DNA from: a virus
Taxonomy: Duplodnaviria > Caudoviricetes
Reading direction: 5' to 3' (one strand)
Virus record (IMG/VR): IMGVR_UViG_3300014208_001441
Location: 1-37,318 of that record
Length of the DNA: 37,318 nucleotides
Shown: one piece after another, positions 35,331 to 37,318 of the stretch
How the letters are laid out: each line of letters begins with the position of its first letter
How positions within the stretch are numbered: the stretch's first letter is position 1
Made by a program: the position numbers and the translations under genes
Notes under the pieces: model-generated
What the model was told of the DNA's origin: nothing
The model's input: the letters and a program-made list of their open reading frames with translations, nothing else
The model's database searches: none

Positions 35331-35663
35331 ATGCCGGAGAAAGACCCGCAGACGTGGAGCTTGGCTACATGGGCGTTGTTGGTAGTGATGATCTTATTGG
35401 GTGGCATCACCAGTTGGTATCGCCGCGTGAAAGAAGGCCACGCACGCGCATTCAATCTGATCGAGCTGGTGGGCGAGTTTGCCATTAGTGGTTTAGTTGG
35501 GTTCTCCGGCTTTGTCGTCGCCCAGAACTACATCGGCAACGATGGTATGGCGGCCGCTGCGGCAGGCATCTCTGCCCACTTCGCCACGCGCTTGCTGTTC
35601 AGCGCGGAAGGATTGATCGAGATTGGCGCGAAGCAGTTGGCTAAGAAGGTGGGGAAGCTATGA
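35331..35663 (+). CDS. Holin (LydA-like)
   Basis: MPEKDP start, three TM segments, precedes the endolysin. Confidence 0.8.
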   Translation: MPEKDPQTWSLATWALLVVMILLGGITSWYRRVKEGHARAFNLIELVGEFAISGLVGFSGFVVAQNYIGNDGMAAAAAGISAHFATRLLFSAEGLIEIGAKQLAKKVGKL

Positions 35664-36139
35664 ACTTCGATCAAGCATTTGAGCGACTGATTGGGCATGA
35701 GGGCGGGTATGTGAACGATCCGCGAGACCCTGGTGGGGAAACCAACTGGGGTATCTGCAAGCGCAGCTACCCCAAGGTTGACATAAAGAACTTGACGCGC
35801 GAGCAGGCTAAGGAGATCTACTTCAAAGACTTCTGGTGTCGCGGTCAGATGAACGAGTACGACTCGGCCATCGCATTCCAAGTGTTCGACATCGCTGTCA
35901 ACAGCGGGATAGAGACGGCAGTTCGCATGTTACAGCGTGCAGCGGGCGTGGCAGATGACGGGCATATAGGCTCGGTGACGGTAGCTGCTGTGAAGGCTAA
36001 GAGTGCAAGCGATATGGTGATGCTATTGATCGCTGAGAGGCTGGACTTCTGGCGCAAGTTAAGCACTTGGCCAGCATTCGGTAAGGGCTGGGCTGGTCGT
36101 GCGGCACAGGATCTGCGCTACGGCGCGATGGATTGTTAG
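35660..36139 (+). CDS. Endolysin, glycoside hydrolase family 108
   Basis: HEGGYVNDPRDPGGETNWGI...FGKGW. Confidence 0.92.
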   Translation: MNFDQAFERLIGHEGGYVNDPRDPGGETNWGICKRSYPKVDIKNLTREQAKEIYFKDFWCRGQMNEYDSAIAFQVFDIAVNSGIETAVRMLQRAAGVADDGHIGSVTVAAVKAKSASDMVMLLIAERLDFWRKLSTWPAFGKGWAGRAAQDLRYGAMDC

Positions 36140-36147
36140 GAGGCGCT

Positions 36148-36396
36148 ATGAAAGCATGGTTCAAAGACTTCATCAAAAACCTGAAGGCAGACCTGAAGCG
36201 CATGCACGCATCGCTTACGATCTGGTTCAATGGCATCGTCGGTGGCTTGGCATTGGCCGTGCCAGAAGCCGTCGCTGCATTTCCCCAGTTGCAGGAATAC
36301 GTCTCGCCGGAGTTCTACAAGCAGATGATGGTGGTGTTGCTGGTGGGTAACTTCCTGCTGCGTTTCCGCACCAGCCGACCGCTGAGGGATAAGTGA
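36148..36396 (+). CDS. Small two-TM membrane protein (holin/antiholin-like)
   Basis: AGGAGG SD; two hydrophobic helices, basic C-terminus. Confidence 0.6.
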   Translation: MKAWFKDFIKNLKADLKRMHASLTIWFNGIVGGLALAVPEAVAAFPQLQEYVSPEFYKQMMVVLLVGNFLLRFRTSRPLRDK

Positions 36397-36938
36397 TGCT
36401 ATCCAACCTCAAGAGCTTGGCGCTTCTGGCAGTCATCCTCACGCTGGCGATGCATGGATGGAAGTTCCTGATGGAAGCGACAGCACCCATCAACCAGTGG
36501 ACACCCGCCCAGCCAGCGCCCCAAGTCAAATACGTGCCCAAGGTGGACATCACTCCATCCAAGGTGAAGGTGTACGCCCCCAAGGCCAAGGGCAAGCTCG
36601 ATCTGCCGCCCACCATCACCAACGACCCGGATGTTCACGTACTGGACACCACCCGCGTCTCCAGCGACGACCATCCCTCGACCATCACCACCGTCATCGA
36701 TGAGAAGACCGGCGAAGTGCAGACGTATGTGCGGCGAGAACCGTTGCCCTGGCTCGCTGCCGAGCAGCGCGGCGAGCTGAGATTCGACGTGGGCATCAAG
36801 AACGGCATCGACACCATAGGCCGCCTCACCGTGCGCGAGGATCTGCTACAGGTCAAAGCACTGCACGCCGGACTACACGCCTCGCTGGATAGCGATGGCC
36901 GGTGGTTTGCGGGTGGCGGGGTGGGGTATCGGTGGTGA
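36393..36938 (+). CDS. Membrane-anchored lysis-region protein (spanin position)
   Basis: N-terminal TM, Pro-rich linker, beta-rich C-terminus ending GVGYRW. Confidence 0.55.
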   Translation: MMLSNLKSLALLAVILTLAMHGWKFLMEATAPINQWTPAQPAPQVKYVPKVDITPSKVKVYAPKAKGKLDLPPTITNDPDVHVLDTTRVSSDDHPSTITTVIDEKTGEVQTYVRREPLPWLAAEQRGELRFDVGIKNGIDTIGRLTVREDLLQVKALHAGLHASLDSDGRWFAGGGVGYRW

Positions 36939-37318
36939 GTGCATTATCTAAAATCCTAAGAGACACAGAGAACAATGGATTGATGTTCTGGTGTCCTGGC
37001 TGCGATGGCGCGCACCGCATTCAGCATGGATCTGGTGACGGTCCTCGATGGGGTTGGAATGGTAGTGCCGACAAGCCAACATTCACGCCATCGATCCTCA
37101 CGCGATATACCAAAACCACCGAGAAGGGTGAGGCGGACATGGCTGAGTGGCGCGCTGGAGGATATAAAAAGCTTCCTGATGGCTTCTCATTCGACCACGT
37201 GAATATGGTCTGCCATTCATTCGTCACCGATGGTCGCATCCAATTCCTTGGAGACTGCACTCATAAGCTGGCTGGACAGACTGTAGATATTCCTGATTGG
37301 CCGGATGATGTTTGCTGA
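36935..37318 (+). CDS. Conserved Cys/His phage protein (DUF6527-like)
   Basis: FWCPGC..H, WNG..KPTFTPS, CHSFV.DG.I.FL.DCTH; GTGA overlap. Confidence 0.6.
   Translation: MSALSKILRDTENNGLMFWCPGCDGAHRIQHGSGDGPRWGWNGSADKPTFTPSILTRYTKTTEKGEADMAEWRAGGYKKLPDGFSFDHVNMVCHSFVTDGRIQFLGDCTHKLAGQTVDIPDWPDDVC

Larger units (their letters stand above)
893..37318. mobile_element. Prophage (temperate siphovirus), right end beyond the window
   Basis: Integrase at a tRNA followed by immunity, replication, packaging, head, tail and lysis modules in canonical order. Confidence 0.96.

Noticed and set aside
36458-36703. Embedded ORF as an Rz1 o-spanin
   Set aside because: No signal peptide or lipobox cysteine

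Overview
Left part of a temperate siphovirus prophage integrated at the 3' end of tRNA-His, in a host locus of pgsA followed by tRNA-Pro/Arg/His. The host is probably a proteobacterium (inference). The right end (attR) is outside the window. The leftward early arm (893-8855) carries integrase, excisionase and a complete diversity-generating retroelement (DGR): RT, a 90-nt template repeat, Avd, and two tandem small C-type-lectin-like target genes whose variable repeats differ from the template almost only at adenines. These targets are small and apparently cytoplasmic, and the tail fibre has no variable repeat. Next come a lambdoid cI/cro switch with clear operators, a cII-like gene, a cos-like site, primase-helicase with a convergent iteron origin, terS - PAPS-reductase-like - terL, a Mor-like regulator with two matching late-promoter boxes, a lambda-type portal/S49 protease with a Mu gpT-type capsid, a tail module with a -1 frameshift, and a lysis cassette. 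Gene calls come from motif recognition and synteny by eye; no searches were run.
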